Assembly: GCA_041744375.1 (NCBI GenBank)
Contig: JBGTLA010000049.1
Coordinates: 5,629-69,628 of the forward strand
Reading direction: 5' to 3'
Length of the DNA stretch: 64,000 nucleotides
Source of the DNA: Acidimicrobiia bacterium
Lineage (GTDB): Bacteria > Actinomycetota > Acidimicrobiia > Spongiisociales > ZC4RG35
Part shown: positions 10,320 to 19,963 of the stretch, one piece after another
Position numbering within the stretch: position 1 is the first letter of the stretch
Layout: each line of letters begins with the position of its first letter
Notes under the pieces: generated by a model
Told to the model about the DNA's origin: nothing
The model's input: the letters and a program-made list of their open reading frames with translations, nothing else
Databases searched by the model: none
Made by a program: the position numbers and the translations under genes

Positions 10320-11381
10320 TCAGGCCGGCTGGCGGTAGGCGATGGCGCCCCAGTGGGCCCCGGCGCCGAAAGCGGTGAAGGCGATCAAGCCCCCCGGCGT
10401 TACCCGCCCCGCCTGACGCATTTCGTGGAAGAGAAGCGGAATGGTGGCGGCCGTGGTGTTGCCGTACCGATCGAGGTTCATGGGAACCCGGTCGGTATCG
10501 ATGTCAAGCCGGCGGCTCATCGCTTCCACGATGCGCCCATTGGCCTGATGAGCGATGATCAGGTCGAGATCGCCGACCTTGATCTCCAGGCGGGCGGCCA
10601 CAGCTTCGATCGCCTCCGGCATGAGGCGCACCGCCATCCGGAAAAGACCCCCACCGTCCATCTGGGGAAGGTGGAGCCCGGCGGCAATCTGGGCCGCGTC
10701 GGCGAAGGGCTGACGAGCGAATCCCAACCCGGGAACGGTGATCAACTCGTCGAATTCTCCGTCGGTGTGGAGGGTCGACGCCAAGATTCCCCCGTCGGTG
10801 GGGCTGGAGGTGACGACCATGGCGGCGGCTCCGTCACCGAAGAGGACCGACCACGCCCGTGTGGCGTCGTTCAGAGCGCGCTGGTGGGGAGCGATCGGTC
10901 CCTCGCTCTCGCCCCACAGGACCCGCCACGAGTCTCCCCAAGGAAGGTAACCGGCGTGCGTCTCGGCTCCCACCACGACGACCGTGCCTGCCCGTCCGGT
11001 CGCCACGAGCATGTCGGCCAGGTCGAGCCCGTAGAGGAAGCCGGCACATTGTTGGCGGAGGTCGAAGACGGCGACGTGACCCAGTCCAGCCTTGCGCTGG
11101 ACGCCCCCGGCGATGCCGGGGGCGTAACGGTCGGGCGTCATCGTGGCGGTGATGAGGGCATCGACATCGCCGGGTGTGATGCCGGCGTCGGCCACGGCCG
11201 CCGCAACTGCCTGGGCGGCGAGGTCGGAAGAGCCGGTCCCGGGCGAGGCGAAGTGGCGTTCACGTACCCCCGACCGTGACGTGATCCACTCGTCGGAGGT
11301 GTCCATGATCCTGGTCAACTGCTGGTTGGTGACGACGCGCTCGGGTATGGCCGCTCCCGTCCCGACTATCACGGTTCCCAT
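10320..11381 (-). CDS. 3-oxoacyl-ACP synthase III (FabH/KAS III-like) family protein
   Basis: 353 aa. N-terminal GTGAAIPERVVTNQQLTRIMDTSDEWITSRSGVRERH. The catalytic triad context is Cys (RQQCAGF), His (IAHQAN) and Asn (YGNTTAAT). Confidence 0.8.
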   Translation of the reverse strand: MGTVIVGTGAAIPERVVTNQQLTRIMDTSDEWITSRSGVRERHFASPGTGSSDLAAQAVAAAVADAGITPGDVDALITATMTPDRYAPGIAGGVQRKAGLGHVAVFDLRQQCAGFLYGLDLADMLVATGRAGTVVVVGAETHAGYLPWGDSWRVLWGESEGPIAPHQRALNDATRAWSVLFGDGAAAMVVTSSPTDGGILASTLHTDGEFDELITVPGLGFARQPFADAAQIAAGLHLPQMDGGGLFRMAVRLMPEAIEAVAARLEIKVGDLDLIIAHQANGRIVEAMSRRLDIDTDRVPMNLDRYGNTTAATIPLLFHEMRQAGRVTPGGLIAFTAFGAGAHWGAIAYRQPA

Positions 11382-11477
11382 GGCTCGCTCCTCCGAAGGC
11401 AGGCCGCTGCTGCCTTGACATGATACGGAGCCGACCGACCGGCGGATGGAGTGTGTTGTTCCGCTTGAGTACGCTCA

Positions 11478-12095
11478 GTGGCCATGCCACGTATACGGGC
11501 CGACTCGATCGCCCAGCACAAGGTTCTTACCCGGCGCCAGATTCTCGCAGCCACCCAAGAGCTGATCGCCGAAGTGGGGTCGGCCGACGTGTCCCTGGGC
11601 GAGGTGGCCACGGCCGTCGGGATCGGTCGAACGACCCTGTATGAGTACTTCACCGACCGTGACGATGTCATCGCCTCGTTGGTCGAAGAGGAGCTCCCGG
11701 GGGTGGTCGCCGACCTCCTGGCCGCCGTCCCCGCCCAGCTTCCTCCCGCCGACCGGCTGGCGGCGGTGGCAGAGGCAACTGTTTGTTTCGTGGCCACCGA
11801 TCGCGTGCTGGGGCTGATTCTCCATCGAGAGGTGGGGCGCATGTCGGCCCTAGCTCAGCAGCGGATCCGGGTCGCCCACACCGACCTCATCATGGAGGTG
11901 GCCTCCATCTATCGGGCCGGCGTCGAAGACGGCTCGCTGCGGGCGCTGCCCGTAGACCTGGCGGGACGGTTCATTCAAGACACGATCATGTCGGCTGCCC
12001 GGGCGGTCATCTCTGCTCCCGACCCAGAAGGGCGCCTCCCCGACATCGTCGACGCCATGCGCACCTTCCTCCTGGGTGGGCTCCGGGTCAAGTGA
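11478..12095 (+). CDS. TetR/AcrR family transcriptional regulator
   Basis: 205 aa. N-terminal HTH RRQILAATQELIAEVGSADVSLGEVATAVGIGRTTLYEYF. It is divergent from the KAS III-M20 pair. Confidence 0.85.
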   Translation: MAMPRIRADSIAQHKVLTRRQILAATQELIAEVGSADVSLGEVATAVGIGRTTLYEYFTDRDDVIASLVEEELPGVVADLLAAVPAQLPPADRLAAVAEATVCFVATDRVLGLILHREVGRMSALAQQRIRVAHTDLIMEVASIYRAGVEDGSLRALPVDLAGRFIQDTIMSAARAVISAPDPEGRLPDIVDAMRTFLLGGLRVK

Positions 12096-12198
12096 CCCGG
12101 GCGGCCTTCCCGTCGGCTGATCTGGCCGCTCTTCTCACGCGTCGTTCACGCCGATAGGGTATCGAGTGGGCGTCGACACACCTCCAGGACCCCAGCAT

Positions 12199-14238
12199 AT
12201 GAATTCCGACCACTACATCAATCGTGAGCTCTCCTGGCTGGACTTCAACCAGCGGGTACTGGCGCTGGCCCAACGCCCTTCACTTCCGCTGTTGGAGAGG
12301 ATCCGGTTCCTGGCCATTTGGGCCACGAACCTCGACGAGTTCTTCCAGGTGCGAGTGGCCGGCCTCAAGGAGCAGGTGGTGCAGAACGTGCGATCGACGC
12401 CGCCCGACGGGCTCAGCCCGTCTGAACAGCTGGCGCGTATCCGTGAGGTCGTGACCGAACAGTACGCCGAGGTGTCGAAGTGCTTCCTGACAGATCTCGC
12501 TCCCGGGCTCGCCTCGGCCGGGGTCGTCTTCAGCGACTACGAGACCCTCGATGACGAGGACAGGGCCTACCTCGACGAGCAGTTCCGAGAGAGAGTCTTT
12601 CCGGTGGTGACGCCGTTGGCGGTCGACCCCTCCCATCCTTTTCCCTACATCTCCAACCTGTCGCTCAACCTGGCGATATTCGTGCGCAACCCCGAGACGG
12701 GGGTGGCCCGATTCGCCCGTCTCAAGGTGCCTCCCATCCTGCCGCGCTTCGTGGTGCTGCCCGACGGCGAGCGGTTCGTGCCCCTCGAACAGGTCATAGC
12801 CTTCCATTTGGAAAGTCTCTTTCCCGGCATGGAGGTGCTGGACCACCACGTCTTTCGGGTCACCCGCAACGCCGACATCGAGGTGGAGGAAGATGAGGGC
12901 GGCGACCTTCTCATGACCATCGAGTCGGAGTTGACCCGCCGCCGTTTCGGCCATGTCGTCCGCCTCGAGGTCCATCCCGACATCCCCGAGAACATTCTCG
13001 ACCTGCTCCGCCGGGAGATGGGAGCCGACGAAGCCGACGTCTACCGGGTAGACGGCCCGGTGGACCTCGGGGGGTTGTGGGGAATCGCCGCCCTCGATCG
13101 GGCCGACCTCAGCTACGAGGCGTGGCAGTGGCTGACGCCCATGCGGCTTCAACCGACCGAGGGCGAACCACCCGACATATTCGAGGTGCTGCGCCAGGGT
13201 GATCTCTTGGTTCACCACCCCTACGACTCCTACCCCACCACGGTGGAGGAGTTCTTGGAGCAGGCCGCCCGCGACCCCGAGGTGCTGGCCATCAAGGTGA
13301 CCCTGTACCGGACCTCCAAGGACAGCCCCTTGATGAAGTCGCTCATTGCGGCGGCCGAGTCCGGCAAACAGGTGGTGGCACTGGTCGAGCTCAAGGCCCG
13401 ATTCGACGAGGAGCGCAACATCGAGTGGGCGCAACGGCTGGAGGACGCCGGTGTCCACGTGGTGTACGGAGTGGTCGGCCTCAAGACCCACACCAAGGTC
13501 ACACTGGTGGTGCGCGACGAAGCAGGAACCATCCGCCGCTATGCCCATGTCGGAACCGGCAACTATAACGACACCACTGCTCGCATCTACGAGGATCTGG
13601 GGCTTCTCACCGCCTCCTCCGAAATCGGCGCCGACCTCTCCGATCTCTTCAACTTTCTCACCGGTTACAGCCGCCAGACCCGCTACCGCAAGCTCAGCGT
13701 TTCGCCCGACGGGATCCGTCGGCGCATGATCGAGCTGATCCTGGCGGAGTCGGCTCAACCGGACGGCCACATCACCTTGAAGATGAATTCGCTGGTCGAC
13801 CAGGGAATGATCGACGCCCTCTACGAGGCGTCGCGGACCGGGACCCGCATCGAGCTGATCGCCCGGGGGATATGCTGCCTGCGCCCGGGCATCCCCGGCC
13901 TCTCGGAGAACATCACCGTCCGGTCGGTGGTGGGCCGCTACCTGGAGCACTCTCGTGTCTACCGCTTCGGGGCGCGAGGACGCGACCGTACCTACTACAT
14001 CGGCTCCGCCGACCTCATGCCCCGCAACCTGGACCGGCGGGTGGAGGCGCTGGCACCGGTCGAGGATCCGACCAACCAGTTCCGTATCGACGAGATACTC
14101 GACGTGCTCCTCGCCGACGACACCCTCGCCTGGGAGCTGGGCGCCGACGGCACCTGGCAGCGCGTCCCCGAAGTGCACGGCATCAACACCCACGACACTC
14201 TCCAAGATCTGGCCATCGCCCGCTCCCGCGTCTCCTAG
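12199..14238 (+). CDS. ppk: Polyphosphate kinase 1
   Basis: The N-terminus YINRELSWLDFNQRVLALA matches the PPK1 consensus. Other marks are the PLD-like C-terminal domains with LKTHTKVTLVVR (autophosphorylated His region) and GSADLMPRNLDRRVE. ATG 12199 is preferred over the ORF-track start at 12166. Confidence 0.9.
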   Translation: MNSDHYINRELSWLDFNQRVLALAQRPSLPLLERIRFLAIWATNLDEFFQVRVAGLKEQVVQNVRSTPPDGLSPSEQLARIREVVTEQYAEVSKCFLTDLAPGLASAGVVFSDYETLDDEDRAYLDEQFRERVFPVVTPLAVDPSHPFPYISNLSLNLAIFVRNPETGVARFARLKVPPILPRFVVLPDGERFVPLEQVIAFHLESLFPGMEVLDHHVFRVTRNADIEVEEDEGGDLLMTIESELTRRRFGHVVRLEVHPDIPENILDLLRREMGADEADVYRVDGPVDLGGLWGIAALDRADLSYEAWQWLTPMRLQPTEGEPPDIFEVLRQGDLLVHHPYDSYPTTVEEFLEQAARDPEVLAIKVTLYRTSKDSPLMKSLIAAAESGKQVVALVELKARFDEERNIEWAQRLEDAGVHVVYGVVGLKTHTKVTLVVRDEAGTIRRYAHVGTGNYNDTTARIYEDLGLLTASSEIGADLSDLFNFLTGYSRQTRYRKLSVSPDGIRRRMIELILAESAQPDGHITLKMNSLVDQGMIDALYEASRTGTRIELIARGICCLRPGIPGLSENITVRSVVGRYLEHSRVYRFGARGRDRTYYIGSADLMPRNLDRRVEALAPVEDPTNQFRIDEILDVLLADDTLAWELGADGTWQRVPEVHGINTHDTLQDLAIARSRVS

Positions 14239-14246
14239 AACTCGGC

Positions 14247-14295
14247 TTCTTATGACCAAAGCGGGGCGCTTTTCGCACCGCTTTGCATCAGAGAA
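14247..14295. repeat. Degenerate copy of a 49-bp palindromic element (see 41305..41353); probable ppk terminator hairpin
   Basis: TTCTTATGACCAAAGCGGGGCG matches 21 of 22 nt of the left arm at 41305. The inner stem is 14257-14268 / 14274-14285 (12 bp, 1 mismatch) with loop CTTTT. It begins 9 nt after the ppk stop. Confidence 0.6.
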
Positions 14296-14363
14296 CAGCG
14301 CCGAGGTGACACAATCTGTCGGCGCATGGAGGTGTCGGACTGAACAAAAAGGCTAGGTGGTCG

Positions 14364-15956
14364 TTGATCGTGGCGATCCTCGGTTCGGGCATCGTCTTCT
14401 TGGACGGGAGCATCGTAACCGTGGCACTACCCGCCATCGGCGCCGAATTGCCCGTCACCACCAACCTGGGGACGCTGGAGGCGCAGTCCTACGTCTACAG
14501 CGCCTACCTGCTCTCATTGTCCGCCCTGCTCATCGCCGGCGGTGCTCTCAGCGACATGCGGGGTCGAAAACGCGTGTTCGCCTGGGGTCTCGGTGGCTTC
14601 GCCCTCGCCTCGGCCCTGTGCGGCTTGGCCCCGACCATGGAGTTCCTCATCGGCGCCCGCGCCCTCAAAGGGGCGGCGGGAGCCCTGGTGGTGCCGGGCT
14701 CGCTGGCGATCATCAACGCCGCCTTCGAGGGTGAGGCCCGCGCCCGCGCTTTTGGGTTGTGGACCGGAGCCTCGGCGGGGGTGACTGTCCTGGGACCCAT
14801 GATCGGCGGTGGGCTGGTGGACGGTGTGTCATGGCGGGCTGCCTTCCTCGTCAATCTGCCGATATTGGCGTTTGCCTTGTGGGCGACCTTGCAGAAGGTG
14901 GAGGAGTCGGCCCGGCTCGCAACCGGCGATTCGATCGACTGGTACGGAGCCGCCCTGACCGGCCTGGCCGTGGCCGGGCTGACGTTCGGGCCCATACGGG
15001 GTCAGGAGGCCGGATGGACCTCGCCCATGGTGGTGGCGCTCCTGGCGGTTGGGGTGGGGGCAACGGTGGCCGTCGTGTCACGGGTGCGGAACCGTCCCCA
15101 CGCCCTGGTCCCCAGGTCTCTCTTCGAGAATCGCACATTCGTGGTGGTCAATATCTCCACGTTCTTCATCTATGGCGCCCTGTATGTGGTCCTCTACATG
15201 CTGTCGATCCACCTCCAGGGGACCCTGGGGTACACGGCCACCGCCGCCGGCTTCGCCTCTGTGCCGGCCATGGTCCTTCTGGCCCTGTTCTCGGGCAAGG
15301 TGGGCGGATGGTCCGAGCGCACCGGTCCACGGGCCTGGCTCACCTTGGGACCGCTGGCGATGGCCGGGGGCGCGGCGTGGCTGTCGTTCATCCCCCCGAC
15401 CTCTGAGGCGTGGCGAATGACGGGAACAGACCTCGCGACGTGGCTGCCACCTTCCGGTTACCTCAACGACGTGTTCGGGGGTGTGGTCCTCTTCGGACTC
15501 GGGGCGATGATCATGGTGGCACCTTTGACCGCGGCCCTCATGGGCTCCGTGCCTCACGAGCGGGCTGGGGTCGGCTCGGCCTTCAACAACGCGGTGTCCC
15601 GTATCGGCCCACAGCTGGCCGGCGCCCTGGCGGTGGTGGCCACGACCGCCGTCTTCTATGGCGCCCTGGCTGACCGGGCCCCCGGCCTCGACGTCTCCGA
15701 CCCGACAGTGAGGGCACAAGTGTCGCCCCTCAACTCTCCCGCTCCGGGCATCGGCGAGGAGATAGGGGAAGCTGCTCGAGAGGCCTCGTCGGAGGCCTTC
15801 TCCTGGGCGATGTGGATCGGGGCAGCCTTGCTGGTGGTGGGCGCCGGCGCCAATGGCATCGGGCTGGCGGCCCGGGTCGCCGTTCCCGGCGACGTCGAAG
15901 GCGTCCGCCTCGGCGGCCAGATCTGTGTGCCGCTGGACATCGACGCCACCGGCTGA
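14364..15956 (+). CDS. MFS transporter, DHA2 (EmrB/QacA, 14-TMS) family
   Basis: 530 aa. It begins with the typical DHA2 segment LGSGIVFLDGSIVTVALPAIG, has motif A-like LSDMRGRKRVF, and contains many TM helices. TTG 14364 is the first canonical start after the in-frame stop at 14307. Confidence 0.8.
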   Translation: MIVAILGSGIVFLDGSIVTVALPAIGAELPVTTNLGTLEAQSYVYSAYLLSLSALLIAGGALSDMRGRKRVFAWGLGGFALASALCGLAPTMEFLIGARALKGAAGALVVPGSLAIINAAFEGEARARAFGLWTGASAGVTVLGPMIGGGLVDGVSWRAAFLVNLPILAFALWATLQKVEESARLATGDSIDWYGAALTGLAVAGLTFGPIRGQEAGWTSPMVVALLAVGVGATVAVVSRVRNRPHALVPRSLFENRTFVVVNISTFFIYGALYVVLYMLSIHLQGTLGYTATAAGFASVPAMVLLALFSGKVGGWSERTGPRAWLTLGPLAMAGGAAWLSFIPPTSEAWRMTGTDLATWLPPSGYLNDVFGGVVLFGLGAMIMVAPLTAALMGSVPHERAGVGSAFNNAVSRIGPQLAGALAVVATTAVFYGALADRAPGLDVSDPTVRAQVSPLNSPAPGIGEEIGEAAREASSEAFSWAMWIGAALLVVGAGANGIGLAARVAVPGDVEGVRLGGQICVPLDIDATG

Positions 15957-15977
15957 CCCGCTCCGGCCTCGAGAAAT

Positions 15978-15999
15978 GTTCATCGGCCGTTCACCCGGC
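15978..15999 (+). promoter_or_regulatory. PHO box: two 11-nt direct repeat units upstream of pstS
   Basis: GTTCATCGGCC and GTTCACCCGGC are tandem with exact 11-nt periodicity, about 105 nt upstream of the pstS ATG. They match the actinomycete PhoP direct-repeat-unit consensus G(G/T)TCAYYYR(G/C)G at 9/11 and 10/11 positions. Confidence 0.6.
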
Positions 16000-16103
16000 G
16001 CTCTCGGGGGGGTCAGGGACGCTCCCTACCTTTCTCCTCGGGCGGGCACTCCCGTGCCTCGCCATGAGATAAGACGAACCGTCCCCACAAGGAGACATTC
16101 AGA

Positions 16104-17132
16104 ATGAGTTCCCGATTGTTACGCCTGGCGGCCCTTCTCGGCGTCCTGGCCCTGATCCTGGCCGCCTGTGGTGGCGACGCCACGGACGATCCCACCACTA
16201 CTGCCGCCGCGCCCGATGCGCCCGCCGAAGAGCCAATGGACGAAGAGCCAATGGACGAAGAGCCGGGCGAGATGACCGGCCAGGTCAACCTCGACGGATC
16301 CAGCACCGTGGGACCCTTGTCCGAGGTCGCCGCCGAGTTGTACATGCAATCGAACCCCGGCGTCCGGGTAACGGTGGCGATATCGGGGACCGGGGGAGGT
16401 TTCCAGAAGTTCTGCATCGGGGAGACCGACGGCAACAACTCCTCCCGCCCGATCACCGAGGAAGAGATCGGCATCTGCGGTGACAACGGCATCGAGTCCG
16501 ATTTCATCCAGGTGGCCAACGACGCTCTCTCTCTGCTCGTCAACGCCGAGTTGCCGGTCGAGTGCATGACCGTGGAGCAGGTCAGCCAGATCTGGGACCT
16601 GGGCTCGACGGTTGAGACGTGGGGGGACATCGACGGCCTCGACCTCCCGGCCGACGTGGCCAGCCAGCCCATCACCGTGTACGGGCCGGGGTCCGACTCG
16701 GGGACCTTCGACTTCTTCACCGAGGAGATCAACGGAGAGTCGGGCAAGATCCGGCTGAACTACGTCGACATCGGCGAGGACGACAACGCCGCCGTAACGG
16801 CGGTCATCGGCGATCCCTACGCCATGGGCTATGTGCCTTACTCCTACTTCCAGGAGGCAGGCGATGCGGTCAAGTCGCTGGCGATCGACGACGGCAACGG
16901 CTGTGTCGAAGCCATCCCGGAGAACATCGAGAACCTGACCTACACACCGCTGGGCCGGGGCCTGTTCGTGTACTTCAGCGACACGGCCCTGCAGCGGCCC
17001 GAGGTGCTCGACTTCGCCGAGTTCTACATCGACAACGCCCAGCAGATCGCCGAGTTGGCGGAGTTCATCCCGATGACCGATGAGCAGCTCGACGCGCAGC
17101 GGGCCAAGATCGCGGCCCTGATCGGCGGTTGA
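16104..17132 (+). CDS. pstS: Phosphate ABC transporter substrate-binding lipoprotein
   Basis: Lipobox LILAACGG, GSSTVGPL and ISGTGGGF motifs, and Shine-Dalgarno AAGGAG upstream. First gene of pstSCAB. Confidence 0.9.
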   Translation: MSSRLLRLAALLGVLALILAACGGDATDDPTTTAAAPDAPAEEPMDEEPMDEEPGEMTGQVNLDGSSTVGPLSEVAAELYMQSNPGVRVTVAISGTGGGFQKFCIGETDGNNSSRPITEEEIGICGDNGIESDFIQVANDALSLLVNAELPVECMTVEQVSQIWDLGSTVETWGDIDGLDLPADVASQPITVYGPGSDSGTFDFFTEEINGESGKIRLNYVDIGEDDNAAVTAVIGDPYAMGYVPYSYFQEAGDAVKSLAIDDGNGCVEAIPENIENLTYTPLGRGLFVYFSDTALQRPEVLDFAEFYIDNAQQIAELAEFIPMTDEQLDAQRAKIAALIGG

Positions 17133-18088
17133 TGACTGCCTCCGACCCCCGAACCTCCAGCCCCGGCGCCCTCACGCGCCGGGGGCTGGAGGCATCCAGC
17201 CCCCGTTATGGAGAGAAGGCCTTCAAGGTCTTCTTCGCCTTCTGTGGCATCGTGTCCGTGGCCGTCACGACCGCCATCGTCCTGTCTCTCATTCCTCCCA
17301 CGTTCGCGTTCTTCCGCGAGGTTCCGATCGGTGATTTCCTCACCGGCACCCTGTGGGCGCCGGCGTTCTCCGTTGCCAGTTTCGGAGTCCTACCGATCGT
17401 GGTGGGGAGTTTGATGGTGGTGGTGATCTCTCTCAGCGTGGCGATACCGGTGGGTTTGCTGTCTGCCATCTATCTCTCCGAGTACGCCCCGACCCGAGTG
17501 CGACGTGTCATCAAGCCAATGCTGGAGGTGCTCGAGGGGATTCCCACCGTTGCCATCGGTCTCTTCGCTTTCTGGTTCCTGCGACCCTTGGCCGAGACCC
17601 TGTTTCCATTTCTGCCCTGGCAGGGCCCGTTCGCCATCGGCGTGGCCGCAGTCGCCGTTGGGCTGCTGATCGTGCCGCTGGTGACCTCGGTGTCGGATGA
17701 CGCCATGCGGGCGGTTCCCATGGCACTGCGCGAGGGTGCCTATGCCCTGGGGGCAGGAAAGTTGAAGGTGTCTCTGCGGGTGGTGTTCCCGGCGGCCATC
17801 TCAGGGATCGTTGCCGCCGTCGTGTTGGCCGGCTCGAGAGCGGTGGGTGAGACGATGGTGGTGTTGCTGGCGGCCGGCGCCGGCAATCCTCAGCTCAGCT
17901 TCGATCCCACCAAAGGGGTGCAGACGATGACGTCGTTTATTGCCGGAAGGGCAACCGGCGACATCGCCACCGGGACGATCGTCTACGACACGATCTTCGC
18001 GGTGGGAACGTTGCTGTTCGTGTCGACTCTCATCCTGAACATGATCGCTATCCGCTTCGTGCGCCGCTTCCGGGAGGTGTACGAATAA
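17129..18088 (+). CDS. pstC: Phosphate ABC transporter permease PstC
   Basis: 319 aa, multi-TM, with EAA loop REGAYALGAGKLKVSLRVVFPAAISGI. ATGA overlap with pstS. Confidence 0.9.
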   Translation: MMTASDPRTSSPGALTRRGLEASSPRYGEKAFKVFFAFCGIVSVAVTTAIVLSLIPPTFAFFREVPIGDFLTGTLWAPAFSVASFGVLPIVVGSLMVVVISLSVAIPVGLLSAIYLSEYAPTRVRRVIKPMLEVLEGIPTVAIGLFAFWFLRPLAETLFPFLPWQGPFAIGVAAVAVGLLIVPLVTSVSDDAMRAVPMALREGAYALGAGKLKVSLRVVFPAAISGIVAAVVLAGSRAVGETMVVLLAAGAGNPQLSFDPTKGVQTMTSFIAGRATGDIATGTIVYDTIFAVGTLLFVSTLILNMIAIRFVRRFREVYE

Positions 18089-19011
18089 TGGCCACGCGCA
18101 GAGTCGAGCTAGCCACCTCCGGGGCGCGCGCCGCCACGCTGGGAGCGCTGACATCGTCGTCGAATCGCGACCACGCGATGAACACCATCTTCATCGGCCT
18201 CATGTTGCTGGGGCTGGGATTCGCGATCGTGGGCCTGGCCTCGTTGATCGTCTTCATGTTCGTGGAGGGTGGGGGGCGGCTCACGTGGAGCCTCTTCACG
18301 GCGGGGCCCTCCACCATCACCCCGGCAACGGCCGGGTACCGGACGGCCATCTTGGGCACGCTGTACGTGATCGGTGGAGTTGTTCTGTTTGTCGTTCCGG
18401 TCGGAATCGGCGCCGCCATCTACCTGGAGGAGTACGCCGACAAGAATCGCTGGTGGAACAGGCTCATCGAGCTGAACATCCAGAACCTGGCCGGGGTGCC
18501 GTCGATCGTCTTCGGCATCCTCGGGTTGGCCTTCATCGTCCGCGGTCCGATCGGCCTCGGGTTCGTGGCGGCGGCCGGATCCCTCACGCTGGCGCTGCTT
18601 GTCCTCCCCACCGTGATCCTCGCCTCGCGAGAAGCCATCCGTGCGGTGCCGCCGTCGATCTCGGAGGGGGCGTTGGCGTTGGGCGCCACCCAATGGCAGA
18701 CCATTCGCCGTCAGGTCCTCCCGGCCGCCGTCCCGGGCATTCTCACCGGCGTCATCCTCGCTATCGCCCGCGCCATCGGCGAGGCGGCGCCGCTCCTTTT
18801 GGTCGGGGCAGTGACTTTCGTCACGTTCAACCCCAAGTTCTTGGAGGACGGCTACTCCACCCTGCCGGTGATGATCTTCAACTACTCGAGCCGCCCCCAA
18901 GAGGAGTTCCGAATTCTGGCGGCGGCCGGAGTCATCGTCATGTTGATCCTGGTGCTCCTTATGAACTCCTTCGCGGTGTGGCTGCGAGACCGCTTCGAGC
19001 AGAGATGGTGA
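18088..19011 (+). CDS. pstA: Phosphate ABC transporter permease PstA
   Basis: 307 aa, with EAA loop [30 protein letters not shown]. Its start overlaps the pstC stop. Confidence 0.9.
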   Translation: MATRRVELATSGARAATLGALTSSSNRDHAMNTIFIGLMLLGLGFAIVGLASLIVFMFVEGGGRLTWSLFTAGPSTITPATAGYRTAILGTLYVIGGVVLFVVPVGIGAAIYLEEYADKNRWWNRLIELNIQNLAGVPSIVFGILGLAFIVRGPIGLGFVAAAGSLTLALLVLPTVILASREAIRAVPPSISEGALALGATQWQTIRRQVLPAAVPGILTGVILAIARAIGEAAPLLLVGAVTFVTFNPKFLEDGYSTLPVMIFNYSSRPQEEFRILAAAGVIVMLILVLLMNSFAVWLRDRFEQRW

Positions 19012-19018
19012 GCGAACT

Positions 19019-19963
19019 ATGACTCTTTCGTCGGCAGTCGGGGCGAACATGAACGAAGAAGACCTGGAGGACGTGGGTAACGTGGAATCGAAGACGGAAA
19101 CGACCGCACCAGCCACTGCCAATCTGGATTTGAGACCTACCGGGGCTAACCAGCAAATGCCGCCTGAAGACAGAGAGAGTCTCGATGCCCCCGTCGTTTT
19201 CGACGTTGAGGGGCTGTCGGTCTTCTACGGCGACTTCATGGCCGTCGAAGACGTCGATCTGGGAATCCATGAACATGAGATCACCGCCCTCATCGGGCCG
19301 TCGGGGTGCGGGAAGTCGACCTTTCTCCGGTGCCTGAATCGGATGAACGATCTCATTCCGTCGGCTCGGGTCGAAGGCGGGGTTGCCTACCACGGCATCG
19401 ATCTGTACGGCGACAAGGTCGATCCTGTGGAGGTGAGACGACGGATCGGCATGGTGTTCCAGAAGCCGAACCCCTTCCCCAAGTCGATCTACGACAATGT
19501 GGCCTTCGGACCGAGGGTGCTCGGCTACAAGGGGAACATGGACGATCTTGTGGAAGAATCGCTGCGCAAGGCCGCCCTCTGGGACGAGGTCAAGGACAAG
19601 ATGGATGAACTGGGGATGGCCATCTCCGGGGGCCAGCAGCAGCGGCTTTGCATCGCCCGGGCCATCGCCACCAGCCCCGACGTGCTCCTCATGGACGAGC
19701 CGTGTTCGGCCCTCGACCCCATCGCCACCTTGAAGATCGAAGAACTCATGTTGGCGCTCAAAGAGGAGTACACGATCGTCATCGTGACTCACAACATGCA
19801 GCAGGCGGGCCGGGTATCGGATAGAACGGCGTTCTTCTCCGTCGATGTCGATACCAAGGGCCAAAGGACGGGGCATCTCGTCGAGTACGATTGGACCGAC
19901 AAACTCTTCACCGCACCCTCCGAAAGGGAAACCGAGGACTACATCACTGGACGGTTCGGCTGA
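19019..19963 (+). CDS. pstB: Phosphate ABC transporter ATP-binding protein PstB (start uncertain)
   Basis: Walker [10 protein letters not shown], signature [14 protein letters not shown], Walker [13 protein letters not shown] and H-loop VTHNM. The first ~46 codons have lower GC3 and no homology I recognise. ATG 19049 or 19157 are alternative starts. Confidence 0.85.
   Translation: MTLSSAVGANMNEEDLEDVGNVESKTETTAPATANLDLRPTGANQQMPPEDRESLDAPVVFDVEGLSVFYGDFMAVEDVDLGIHEHEITALIGPSGCGKSTFLRCLNRMNDLIPSARVEGGVAYHGIDLYGDKVDPVEVRRRIGMVFQKPNPFPKSIYDNVAFGPRVLGYKGNMDDLVEESLRKAALWDEVKDKMDELGMAISGGQQQRLCIARAIATSPDVLLMDEPCSALDPIATLKIEELMLALKEEYTIVIVTHNMQQAGRVSDRTAFFSVDVDTKGQRTGHLVEYDWTDKLFTAPSERETEDYITGRFG

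Noticed and set aside
12280-14259. 659-aa ORF on the minus strand, antisense to ppk
   Set aside because: Typical high-GC antisense open frame. The translation is Gly/Arg/His/Val-rich with no recognisable motif, whereas the plus strand is an unmistakable PPK1.
19019-19156. 46-aa N-terminal extension of PstB as a distinct domain or small gene
   Set aside because: GC3 is lower (about 64%) with no motif. This is most likely either a non-conserved leader or non-coding sequence with the true start at ATG 19157. It cannot be resolved without homologues.
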